From a candidate division WWE3 bacterium CG22_combo_CG10-13_8_21_14_all_39_12 (GTDB taxonomy: Bacteria; Patescibacteriota; 4484-211; GCA-002791395): a stretch of 49,732 nt of DNA. The notes beneath the pieces are model-generated. The model was not told the DNA's origin and made no database searches. It saw only the letters and a list, made by a program, of their open reading frames with translations. Positions 8,557 through 17,352 of the stretch are shown here, piece after piece; positions within the stretch are counted from its first letter, which is position 1, and each line of letters begins with the position of its first letter. Location of the stretch: assembly GCA_002771355.1 (NCBI GenBank), contig PCSU01000056.1:1-49732 (forward strand), read 5' to 3'. Both the position numbers and the translations under genes were made by a program.

Positions 8557-9099
8557 ATGAAGATTTACACACGAACTGGAGATAACGGAAAGACCTCTCT
8601 TTTTACTGGTGAGAGAACATCAAAAGATGCCTTACGAATAATATGTATTGGAACAATTGATGAACTAAATGCAGCAATCGGAGTCGTTGTTTCTCAACTA
8701 AAAAACACTCCTTCCTCTGAAGACACTGCCATCCGCTTGAGAACTATCCAACGCAAACTCTTTACTACCGGTAGTTCACTTGCAAACTCTAATCTTTCCA
8801 TAACACAAGAAGATATTAACAATATGGAAGCTAGTATTGATTACTTAACTGATCACCTACCAACACTTAACAATTTTATTTTGCCTGGAGGTAGTCAGGC
8901 TGCAAGTAGTTGCCATCTTGCACGAACTATCTGTAGAAGATGCGAACGGCTATTAGTAACTCTAAACAACACTGAGTCGATTGACCCACTTGTTTTGCAA
9001 TTTTTTAATCGCCTTTCTGACTATTTATTCACGATAGCACGGGCAATAAATATTAACGAAGGTACAGGAGAAATAATTTGGAATAGACATAATCTGTAA
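8557..9099 (+). CDS. pduO: PduO-type ATP:cob(I)alamin adenosyltransferase
   Basis: The N-terminus MKIYTRTGDNGKTSLFTGERTSKD is the hallmark PduO/MMAB-type start. About 180 aa with a helical-bundle-type sequence. I chose ATG 8557 rather than the ORF-track start at 8485. Confidence 0.85.
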   Translation: MKIYTRTGDNGKTSLFTGERTSKDALRIICIGTIDELNAAIGVVVSQLKNTPSSEDTAIRLRTIQRKLFTTGSSLANSNLSITQEDINNMEASIDYLTDHLPTLNNFILPGGSQAASSCHLARTICRRCERLLVTLNNTESIDPLVLQFFNRLSDYLFTIARAININEGTGEIIWNRHNL

Positions 9100-9141
9100 C
9101 GAAACCTGGGGATTAAGCCTACTCAAAATTTTTACTTGAAA

Positions 9142-10254
9142 TTATCGACGACGCAAAAACGCAGGAGTTTCATATTCATCATCATCGGACTTTTTATCAG
9201 GTTCAGTCATGTGCACCGGTGACTGTGGAGTCATCACCGTAGGTGAAACTGGCGATTGCTGTCGAAGTCTTGCGTGAATGTTGGTACGATCTTTCATACG
9301 TGGAGAATCAAAACCTGTTGCAATTACTGTTATTTTTATGGTGTCTTTACTTTCCTCATTAACGGCTGCACCAAAAATGATATTTGCATCTGGATCAGCA
9401 GCTGCACTAATCACTTCTGCAGCTTTATTTACTTCAGATAACGTTAAGTCCATACCGCCAACAACATTAAATAATATTCCCTTTGCTCCATCAATAGAAT
9501 TTTCAAGAAGTGGACTATTGATTGCTTCTTGAGCTGCTTTAATTGCGCGATCTTCACCTGAACCATACCCAATGCCCATTAAGGCACTGCCCGCATTAGA
9601 CATAATACTTTTAACATCAGCAAAATCACGATTAATTAAACCAGGAAGAACGATAATATCTGAAATCCCTTGAACTGATTGGCCCAAAACCGAATCTGCT
9701 ACTTTAAACGCTTCAATCAGTGGACGACCTTCATCCATAATTTCTAACAAGCGTTGGTTTGGGATAGTAATTAATGCATCAACCTTATCCTTCATCTCTT
9801 CTAATGATTTTTCTGCATTCATCATGCGACGAGCCCCCTCAAAACTAAATGGTTTAGTTACAACACCAACAGTTAAGGCACCTTTTTTGCGTGCAACTTC
9901 TGCAATGTATGGTGCAGCTCCAGAACCAGTTCCGCCACCCATTCCAGCAGTAATAAACACCATATCGGTACCATCCAAAAAGCTTTCAATATCCGAGCCA
10001 CTTTCTTCAGCTGACCCACGACCAACTTCTGGATTACCTCCAGAACCTAACCCTTTGGTTAATTGTTTACCAATTTGGATTTTAGTAGGAGCAGGTGAAC
10101 TTGCAAGATGTTGTGCATCAGTATTAACAGCAATAAATTCAACACCTTGAATATTCTGTTCCTCCATCATTGTCTTTATACTATTAGAACCTCCGCCACC
10201 TACACCGATGACTTTGATTTTTGCAAATTTTTCGACTTCTGGTTTGATAAGCAT
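9142..10254 (-). CDS. ftsZ: Cell division GTPase FtsZ
   Basis: GVGGGGSN and the tubulin signature GGGTGSGAAP, plus NTDAQ. Acidic/basic C-terminal peptide DDDEYETPAFLRRR. Confidence 0.97.
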   Translation of the reverse strand: MLIKPEVEKFAKIKVIGVGGGGSNSIKTMMEEQNIQGVEFIAVNTDAQHLASSPAPTKIQIGKQLTKGLGSGGNPEVGRGSAEESGSDIESFLDGTDMVFITAGMGGGTGSGAAPYIAEVARKKGALTVGVVTKPFSFEGARRMMNAEKSLEEMKDKVDALITIPNQRLLEIMDEGRPLIEAFKVADSVLGQSVQGISDIIVLPGLINRDFADVKSIMSNAGSALMGIGYGSGEDRAIKAAQEAINSPLLENSIDGAKGILFNVVGGMDLTLSEVNKAAEVISAAADPDANIIFGAAVNEESKDTIKITVIATGFDSPRMKDRTNIHARLRQQSPVSPTVMTPQSPVHMTEPDKKSDDDEYETPAFLRRR

Positions 10255-10390
10255 AATTAATTTTCTAGTAACACTATAGCACGTTTGAAAACCTTACGAG
10301 CGATAAATACAAACATATAATAGCATTTCCTTTTGTAGTAAGGTGTGGGGAGTTTTGAACCTATTCACTACAGGCATATAGTTTTTAAAA

Positions 10391-11680
10391 CTAAGGAATA
10401 AAACCTTTAAACCAACTAACAACACCTTTAAATGATTGCTTTACCCCAGAGAAAGAAAGGCTAACTTTTGGTACTCCTGGCATAAATGAACTACCCCCAC
10501 TAAACCCATGTGCAGCATACAAAACTGTTCCGACACTTGCTGCAAAACTTGGTGAATTCAACTCATCAACAAGACCAGTAACCCCTTGAGGTTCTGCAAC
10601 TCGAACAGGTAAATTAACCTCATGAACAAGAATTTCTTTGAGTCCAAGCGTATGAGCTGTACCACCGCAAACAACAAGTCCTGCTGGAACCATACCTTCA
10701 TACCCACTCTTTTTTATCTCCTGAACAATTTCTTCAGAGATTTCTTCAAGACGAGGTTCAATAACACCTTCAATTAAAAACTTTTTATCAATACTTGATA
10801 CATTTTCTATTGCAAGAGATGAAACATCAAACAATTCGCTATCTGTTTCCTCTTCACTGTTACCACCGGCAGCTGTTGCTGCTAACGTTGAAATTTTAGT
10901 ACTTACATATTGTTTAATTCGTTCAGCATCTTCAATTGATACGCGTAAACCAATTGCAATGTCTGAAGTAATATTCTTGCCACCTATCTTTAATACACTG
11001 CTATAGACAGGAGATCCGTCAATAAATACGACAACATCTGTAGTTCCTCCCCCGATATCAACAAGCACCACACCCAATTCCTTCTCGGTTTCTGTCAAAA
11101 CGCTTTCACTTGATGCAAGCCCCGTATACACAAGATTCTCAACATCTAGTCCTACCTGTTGCACACACTTTACAAGATTTCTCATACTCGTTGTTGCACC
11201 AGATATCAAATGAGTTTCAACCTGCAAACGAGTTCCACTCATACCAATAGGATCATGGATCCCTTCTTGTGAATCAATAACAAATGAGCGTGGTACAACA
11301 TGAATAATTTCACGTGAAGATGGCATAGAAACAGCCCTGGCAGCCTCTATAACCCTATCAACATCATTGGGCATAATCTCACCGTCGGGACTAGTAATTG
11401 CAACAACACCTTGTGAGTTTACAGATGAAATATGGCTTCCATTCACCGTAACCCATACACGAGATATGGTAACACCAGCCATACGTTCAGCTGACTCGAT
11501 ACCAACAGATAAAGATTCAACCGCATCATCAATATCAACCACAACGCCTTTTTTAATACCTTGGGATGGCACACTTGAAACACCAATAACTTGAATATTT
11601 TCCTCTGAAACTTCAGCTATAAGTGTAACAATTTTTGAGGATCCAACATCGATAGTTGTAAGTATTTGTTCTCTTGCCAT
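10391..11680 (-). CDS. ftsA: Cell division protein FtsA (actin-like ATPase)
   Basis: TTIDVGSSKI and VLVDIGGGTTDV phosphate-binding motifs. Position between ftsQ and ftsZ. ATG at 11680 (MAREQIL) preferred over the upstream TTG at 11713. Confidence 0.92.
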   Translation of the reverse strand: MAREQILTTIDVGSSKIVTLIAEVSEENIQVIGVSSVPSQGIKKGVVVDIDDAVESLSVGIESAERMAGVTISRVWVTVNGSHISSVNSQGVVAITSPDGEIMPNDVDRVIEAARAVSMPSSREIIHVVPRSFVIDSQEGIHDPIGMSGTRLQVETHLISGATTSMRNLVKCVQQVGLDVENLVYTGLASSESVLTETEKELGVVLVDIGGGTTDVVVFIDGSPVYSSVLKIGGKNITSDIAIGLRVSIEDAERIKQYVSTKISTLAATAAGGNSEEETDSELFDVSSLAIENVSSIDKKFLIEGVIEPRLEEISEEIVQEIKKSGYEGMVPAGLVVCGGTAHTLGLKEILVHEVNLPVRVAEPQGVTGLVDELNSPSFAASVGTVLYAAHGFSGGSSFMPGVPKVSLSFSGVKQSFKGVVSWFKGFIP

Positions 11681-11770
11681 AAGTATTAGTACATAAATAA
11701 CCCCGCCTAACAAGAATGCTATTCACCCAAACACCCTTGGCATAATAAGGTCACACTTTTGTGTACAATA

Positions 11771-12604
11771 TTACGAATATCTTACCACAGGGCGATCAAA
11801 TCGCAAATCAAGTTCAATAACTGTTTTCCCAGATCGTAAAGATCCTGTAAAAATTGGCTCTATTAACTGTAAAATCTCAGATGGGTTTTGTTTGGAACTT
11901 ATCTTAATTACTAATCGATTTTCAGAATTTAAATATATGGTTTGTAAAATTCGAGTAGTTTCACCTGAAGCTTCCATCACAACTTCAGACAAAGTAAGTC
12001 CAACTGATCCCCACTCAAAAGTTGCTGCTGACAAAAACCATTCTATTGTGCTCATTGGAATTGACTCCCCTACTGAGATTTTTGAGCCAAGTTGAGTCTC
12101 ACCAATTGAGACGACTGGAACAATCTCAGGAAGCTTCTCAATATTTTGATACGAATAAAAGACCATGCCGTCATCAGAAACTAGATACCACGTATCAGAT
12201 GTGTGAATACACAGTACCGGTACAAATTCCTCATAAGATATTTTTACTGTGCCTGGTAACTCGCGTGTAACGGTACTATTTTTTACCTGAGGATATTGCG
12301 CAGTAATTTCACGTTCGAGATCATTTCCAGGATACATAAAAATTGATGACGGTACATACTTTTGGGCCAAAATCCCAACCTCTGAACGTGCAACATACAT
12401 TTCACTCTGTGGCGAGACAATTATTTCTTTTACTAAAAAAGTATCACCTGTTGCTATGACAAATACAATACTAAGTAATGCAATAACACCAATTACGTAA
12501 CCGATGAGTTTTTTTGTCGGAATAAATCTTTTAACATTAATTCGTTTCGGCAGTGTGTTTTTATTTCGACGTTTCAGTCGCCGAAACCATTGTGGTGATC
12601 TCAT
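11771..12604 (-). CDS. ftsQ: FtsQ/DivIB-like division protein (basic N-terminus, one TM helix, POTRA-like domain)
   Basis: Basic N-terminus, TM helix LIGYVIGVIALLSIVFVIA, and a POTRA-like FLVKEIIVSPQ...RELPGTVKISYEEFVP. Position between murG and ftsA. Overlaps the murG 3' end by 44 nt. Confidence 0.75.
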   Translation of the reverse strand: MRSPQWFRRLKRRNKNTLPKRINVKRFIPTKKLIGYVIGVIALLSIVFVIATGDTFLVKEIIVSPQSEMYVARSEVGILAQKYVPSSIFMYPGNDLEREITAQYPQVKNSTVTRELPGTVKISYEEFVPVLCIHTSDTWYLVSDDGMVFYSYQNIEKLPEIVPVVSIGETQLGSKISVGESIPMSTIEWFLSAATFEWGSVGLTLSEVVMEASGETTRILQTIYLNSENRLVIKISSKQNPSEILQLIEPIFTGSLRSGKTVIELDLRFDRPVVRYS

Positions 12605-13700
12605 TTACAATTCTCTCCTTTGCATTAAAAATTACTCTGGATTTTGCAACCTTGGCTTGATTATAAAACTGTTGATACTTTGACAACATTGTATCAAGAG
12701 TTTTTTCAAGAGTTTCAGGTGATAACCTATCTTCAGCTAACAACAATGCCGCACCTTCATTAACAAGCATCCGAGCATTCTTATGTTGCTCGTTGTGAGA
12801 AACCCACGGAATAGGTACAAAAATCGCTGGTTTTGCTAATGCAGCAACTTCATAAACCGTATGTCCACCAGCACGCGACAATACAATTGATGCCTGCGAA
12901 AATACGCTCCCTATTTCTTCTTCATATATGTACTTTTCAACTCGATATCTGGATTGCAACTGTTTCGATAACATCTGTTTGTGTTTAATAGCCGTATCAT
13001 AATCATTAAAGACCGTACTTCCTCCAGTCTGATGCACAATATTGACCTTCAGTAACAATGATTCTAAAGATTTTTGTATTGTTTCATTTATAATATGACT
13101 TCCTTGCTTACCACCTGTCACATATAAAATCGGCAAATCGTTAGTAAACATAGGTACACTATCTGTTTGAAATAATTCTGGCCGTAATGGTAGTCCCGTT
13201 ATGGTAACTTTGTTTTGATCAAAGTACCGTTTTGACTGTGGCCATGTTACAAAAACTTTCGTAGCAAAAAATCCAATAAATCTGTTCGCTAAACCTACAA
13301 CGGTTGTCTGCTCATGAGTTACACTAGGAATTCGCTGTATCCACGCAGCCAAAACCACAGGAGTAGCCAGATATCCGCCAAAACTTACTACCAAATCAGG
13401 GCGATCACGTAGTAAATACCAAAATGCTTGAAAGAACCCAAATGGTAACCGAAGCCAGTGGAGAGGATGAAATGTCTTGTATAATTTTCCGGCCTTAACT
13501 TCTCTAAACGGGATTGAACTTTTTGTAACTTCTTGATACTCAGCAGACAAACTTAAGTCACCAAACATAGAGTACTTATGCCCATACCAAACCACAAGCG
13601 CCTTTTTTTGCTCAAAAAGTTCTCGCGCAATTGTTAGAGCAGAATTGTGGTGTCCACCTGTAAAAATTATCGTTGGTAATTGTATTTTTTCATCTGACAT
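12561..13700 (-). CDS. murG: MurG-type UDP-GlcNAc:lipid I N-acetylglucosaminyltransferase
   Basis: GT28 architecture: N-terminal FTGGHHNSAL, TGGKQGS, and RAGGHTVYEVAALAKPAIFVPIP...HNEQHKNA. Sits downstream of ftsW. Confidence 0.85.
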   Translation of the reverse strand: MSDEKIQLPTIIFTGGHHNSALTIARELFEQKKALVVWYGHKYSMFGDLSLSAEYQEVTKSSIPFREVKAGKLYKTFHPLHWLRLPFGFFQAFWYLLRDRPDLVVSFGGYLATPVVLAAWIQRIPSVTHEQTTVVGLANRFIGFFATKVFVTWPQSKRYFDQNKVTITGLPLRPELFQTDSVPMFTNDLPILYVTGGKQGSHIINETIQKSLESLLLKVNIVHQTGGSTVFNDYDTAIKHKQMLSKQLQSRYRVEKYIYEEEIGSVFSQASIVLSRAGGHTVYEVAALAKPAIFVPIPWVSHNEQHKNARMLVNEGAALLLAEDRLSPETLEKTLDTMLSKYQQFYNQAKVAKSRVIFNAKERIVNEITTMVSATETSK

Positions 13701-13769
13701 TGCGTGGCTATTGTACCAAAGTATCTATCCACATGAACACCTAAAATAAAACTACTCAAGATCCAAATA

Positions 13770-14909
13770 CTACACCTGCCCACGAGCACTTCGCGAAATG
13801 TTTATCAAAATCCCAACCGAAACAAGAAGTAATGTTAATGAAGTGCCCCCGTAACTTATAAAAGGAAGTGGTACACCAGTCAGTGGCATTAATCCAACCA
13901 TTCCCCCTAAATTCACCAACGTTTGAAACGCAATTGTAGTGGTAATACCAACAGCCAAAAATTTACCAAACGGATCTGAAGCTCTTTGTGCAATTGTAAT
14001 TCCTCGCCAAATCACAAATGCAAGTGCACCAATTACTAAAATCGCACCTATAAAACCTAATTCTTCACCGATAATTGCAAATATAGAATCAGTCGTAACC
14101 TCTGGGATATACTCATATTTTTGGCGAGAACTCCCTAGTCCAAGCCCCAATATGCCACCTGACCCCAGTGCAATAAATATTTGTGTAATTTGATATGAAA
14201 CTCCCTGAGGATCCGCCAACGGGTCCAGAAATGTGAAGATTCTTTGCCTTCTATAATCACTCGATAATGCATAAATAACTGCAGAAACAGCTCCTGATAT
14301 CCCAGCAAGACTTATCCAAAACAATGATGCTCCCGCAACAAAATAGACCATAAGCGCTGTTACAGAAATCAAAATTGCGTTTCCGAGATCAGGTTCTAAT
14401 GCCGTTAAAAGTAGAATTGTACCAACAACAACTAAAAATGGCTTGTGGGGCAATCCTCTTCGTATATCTTTATCAAACAAAGCAGCCAAATATATAACGA
14501 TGCTTAACTTAGCGATCTCAGATGGTTGAACTGATATGCTTTGCAAAAATGGCACCGGTATATATAGGCGCTGCTTTGCACCATACACCTCTTGTGAAAA
14601 ACCAGGGAGTAGTACGACAAGAAGTAAAATAATGGTTAAAACAATAAGTGGAAATGCAATCTTTTTTAAAACATGATAATCAATATTACTTACAATAAAG
14701 GCTCCAACTATACCAATAAATGCCCATATGCTCTGGTTTTTTAAAAACCAAAACTTGTCCCCAAATTCTTCAAATGCAACAACGACACTTGTGTTGTAAA
14801 CCATAAACACACCAAACAGCGTGAGTGCTAACACAACTCCAGCAAGCACATAATCTGTTACCGCAAAGGTTCTTATTTTAAAACTGTTCTTTTTTGATCG
14901 TACGGGCAT
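13770..14909 (-). CDS. ftsW: FtsW/RodA (SEDS) peptidoglycan polymerase
   Basis: About 10 TM helices. SEDS motifs QPSEIAKL, PDLGN, TDSIFAIIGEELGFIG and PLPFISYGGTS. Confidence 0.9.
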   Translation of the reverse strand: MPVRSKKNSFKIRTFAVTDYVLAGVVLALTLFGVFMVYNTSVVVAFEEFGDKFWFLKNQSIWAFIGIVGAFIVSNIDYHVLKKIAFPLIVLTIILLLVVLLPGFSQEVYGAKQRLYIPVPFLQSISVQPSEIAKLSIVIYLAALFDKDIRRGLPHKPFLVVVGTILLLTALEPDLGNAILISVTALMVYFVAGASLFWISLAGISGAVSAVIYALSSDYRRQRIFTFLDPLADPQGVSYQITQIFIALGSGGILGLGLGSSRQKYEYIPEVTTDSIFAIIGEELGFIGAILVIGALAFVIWRGITIAQRASDPFGKFLAVGITTTIAFQTLVNLGGMVGLMPLTGVPLPFISYGGTSLTLLLVSVGILINISRSARGQV

Positions 14910-16224
14910 GATTAATTACATCCTCAGGGAACATTTCTAAAGATTGAATTTCAAAAAGTTGCTCATTACTAGATACACTCCTTCCATCACCAATTGTAAG
15001 TAATAAAAATTCATCTTTGGTCAACCCGCCAACAGTATATTGAGATGAGATAAATTCAATTCTTTGATCTCCTCCAACATAAACCCCATTAGGGGGGGTG
15101 TGATTAATAATCACCTGTGATGCTTCAGTATTTCTTGAAATAACTCTCATTCCCTTCAGCTGTTTTGTGAAAAAGTATGGATCATCGATCATGGTATCGT
15201 TAATAGTAATACCAAAGCTTTTATAATGTTCGTTTAAAAGACTTGATCCACATACCTCCTGTTCAAGTTGAGTTATCATCTGGGCAGAAGCTGTAAACCG
15301 TGGATTCATCTCCTGGGCATAAACTCTTGCATGCTCATCTACCAAAAAATCCAATCCAAAAAAACCACGATATCCAAGATCACGCGCAATTGTTGCTAAC
15401 TTAACTGTTATTCTCCCAATGTCAAAAACAACGTCCTTTGTCTTAGTACTAAAATATGGTACAAGGTCCGTCCATACGTTTCCAACAGTACTACCCTCCA
15501 TACGAGCTAAGGGAACCTCCTCATTCATGTCATCATTTATTTGAATAAAAGGATACGTTTGATAAACTTCACTCTCTGAAACTACAGCATTAATAGTAAG
15601 TGTTGTTCCTGGTATAAACTGCGATACTTTTACCTTACGATTACTATACTGATCTCGCAAACTGAATAGATCCGACTCACTTTCAAGAAAAAATGTACGG
15701 TTCCCAAACCAACCTCTTTCAAACTGAACAACCATTCGTTCTCCAAATTCTTGAGACAATGAGTCAAAATGAAGATTATTTAAGTGCTCAACACGAGACG
15801 GCGGGTGAGGTATCTGGTGCTCCTTACACATGCGAACAAAGTTTAATTTATTTTCTAATAGCGAACTTACGGCTGGCGATGCATTCAAAGAACGTATTGT
15901 ACGAGATTTACCTAATGGCGTTTCAGCTATCACTTTCTCTAATGAAAATAATGGTTTAAAAAATATAATCCCCACCTCATCAACACTTCTTTTTAAGATA
16001 AACTCTTGAACTGCATCATGAAGTAACAATTTACGACTATTACGAACGATTATGTCTCCCCCCAATTCTTTTTCAATACAAAATACCGATACACCTTTTT
16101 CTATAAGCATATCAACAATATCGGTATAGTCGACGCAAATCACATGAAAATTCTCATATAAATCTTCAATGCCAAGGGCCCGTAAAGGATCTGTTGCTAC
16201 GTAAAATATTGGTAATCTTTCCAT
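14878..16224 (-). CDS. ATP-grasp family ligase of unknown substrate, occupying the usual murD position
   Basis: 448 aa. C-terminal ATP-grasp core FFGLDFLVDEHARVYAQEMNPRFTAS. Its stop overlaps the ftsW start by 32 nt and its start is 4 nt after the PLP gene. Confidence 0.7.
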   Translation of the reverse strand: MERLPIFYVATDPLRALGIEDLYENFHVICVDYTDIVDMLIEKGVSVFCIEKELGGDIIVRNSRKLLLHDAVQEFILKRSVDEVGIIFFKPLFSLEKVIAETPLGKSRTIRSLNASPAVSSLLENKLNFVRMCKEHQIPHPPSRVEHLNNLHFDSLSQEFGERMVVQFERGWFGNRTFFLESESDLFSLRDQYSNRKVKVSQFIPGTTLTINAVVSESEVYQTYPFIQINDDMNEEVPLARMEGSTVGNVWTDLVPYFSTKTKDVVFDIGRITVKLATIARDLGYRGFFGLDFLVDEHARVYAQEMNPRFTASAQMITQLEQEVCGSSLLNEHYKSFGITINDTMIDDPYFFTKQLKGMRVISRNTEASQVIINHTPPNGVYVGGDQRIEFISSQYTVGGLTKDEFLLLTIGDGRSVSSNEQLFEIQSLEMFPEDVINHARTIKKEQF

Positions 16225-16228
16225 TTGT

Positions 16229-17119
16229 TTAGGTTAGCACAACTACAACATGACTGTTTATCTTAAAATTTACAGTTTGAGCTTTTATAAATCCCGCATA
16301 AGCAAGCGCTCCCTCCTTTGAAAAATCAGTAACCCCATATTCTGTAAGTGTATTAATTGCAGATAAAACCTCATCATCTGTAACAATCCACCCGGATCCA
16401 TTGGTAGCTTTAACTGCATCAATTACTAACTCTTTTCGATCGGTCTGCCTTGCAACAATACCGGTAACAATACTTCGTGCCTTTTTTCTAAACGTTGTAT
16501 CAAATTTTGAAGCAATAGTATTAATATGTTGCGATTGCACAACATGAATCTGCGGCATACTTTCACGTGGCGTATCAGCCATAACAATACCCTCCCAAAA
16601 GCCCTGTACGGTTGTGCCAGAACTAACAGGAAAAAATATACTTACACCATCAACATTCTCACCCTGGGTTTTAATTTGTTGTTGTATTTCATCCCACAGT
16701 GCTTGGTAACCTTTGGTAGCATTACTATCTTTTGATTGTCTCACATACGGAATTGAGTGTTTATGGGAAAAATCTATAGCTCCTTGAATTGCCATTTCTT
16801 GTTTATGAATTATCGCTCCATAGCTAGACAATCTTTCAAACCGAACCGGTTCAATAAAAGGTGGTACAAAAGCATGCAGTGTAATTCCTGCCACCTGACA
16901 ATAGTACGCTGCAGCAACTGAAGCATTCCCCGAAGAAGATACTACAATTTCTCTATGATTCCCCTCAACCATATGGGCAATTTGCCATACCATCCCTCGC
17001 GACTTAACCGAACCAGTAACGTTATGATCTTCTCTTTTTAGCCATACATTTCCAACGTTTTGAAGTGGCGTTTCTGGCCAAGGTAAAGCGTAGTCATTTG
17101 CAAACTGCGAAGCATTCAT
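16229..17119 (-). CDS. Fold-type II PLP-dependent enzyme (Trp-synthase-beta/threonine-synthase/cysteine-synthase superfamily)
   Basis: PLP-lysine motif KREDHNVTGSVKSRG, plus SSSGNASVAAA and a phosphate-loop-like PVSSGTTV. 296 aa. Confidence 0.8.
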   Translation of the reverse strand: MNASQFANDYALPWPETPLQNVGNVWLKREDHNVTGSVKSRGMVWQIAHMVEGNHREIVVSSSGNASVAAAYYCQVAGITLHAFVPPFIEPVRFERLSSYGAIIHKQEMAIQGAIDFSHKHSIPYVRQSKDSNATKGYQALWDEIQQQIKTQGENVDGVSIFFPVSSGTTVQGFWEGIVMADTPRESMPQIHVVQSQHINTIASKFDTTFRKKARSIVTGIVARQTDRKELVIDAVKATNGSGWIVTDDEVLSAINTLTEYGVTDFSKEGALAYAGFIKAQTVNFKINSHVVVVLT

Positions 17120-17172
17120 ATACGTAGTATACTATTTTTTATAAGACAATTGTGTTAAAGGTGGTGAATAAA

Positions 17173-17343
17173 ATGGAAGAAATTCAAACAAAACAAGTAC
17201 CATGTCTAGACTGCGACTCTACTCTTGAGGTCGTTGACGATATTGAGATTGGAGATATTCTAGTATGCGAGGGTTGCGGTGTTGAACTAGAAGTAGTTAA
17301 CAATAACCCCACAGAACTTGATTATCTCTATGTTCAAAAATAA
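17173..17343 (+). CDS. LysW-like zinc-ribbon small protein (amino-group carrier protein fold) lacking the canonical acidic EDWGE tail
   Basis: 56 aa: MEEIQTKQVPCLDCDSTLEVVDDIEIGDILVCEGCGVELEVVNNNPTELDYLYVQK. The CxxC...GE/D-I-hydrophobic-C-E-x-CG-x-ELEVV pattern matches LysW. SD AAGGTGGTG lies 6 nt before ATG 17173. Antisense to the dcw operon. Confidence 0.6.
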   Translation: MEEIQTKQVPCLDCDSTLEVVDDIEIGDILVCEGCGVELEVVNNNPTELDYLYVQK

Positions 17344-17352
17344 AAACGATTC

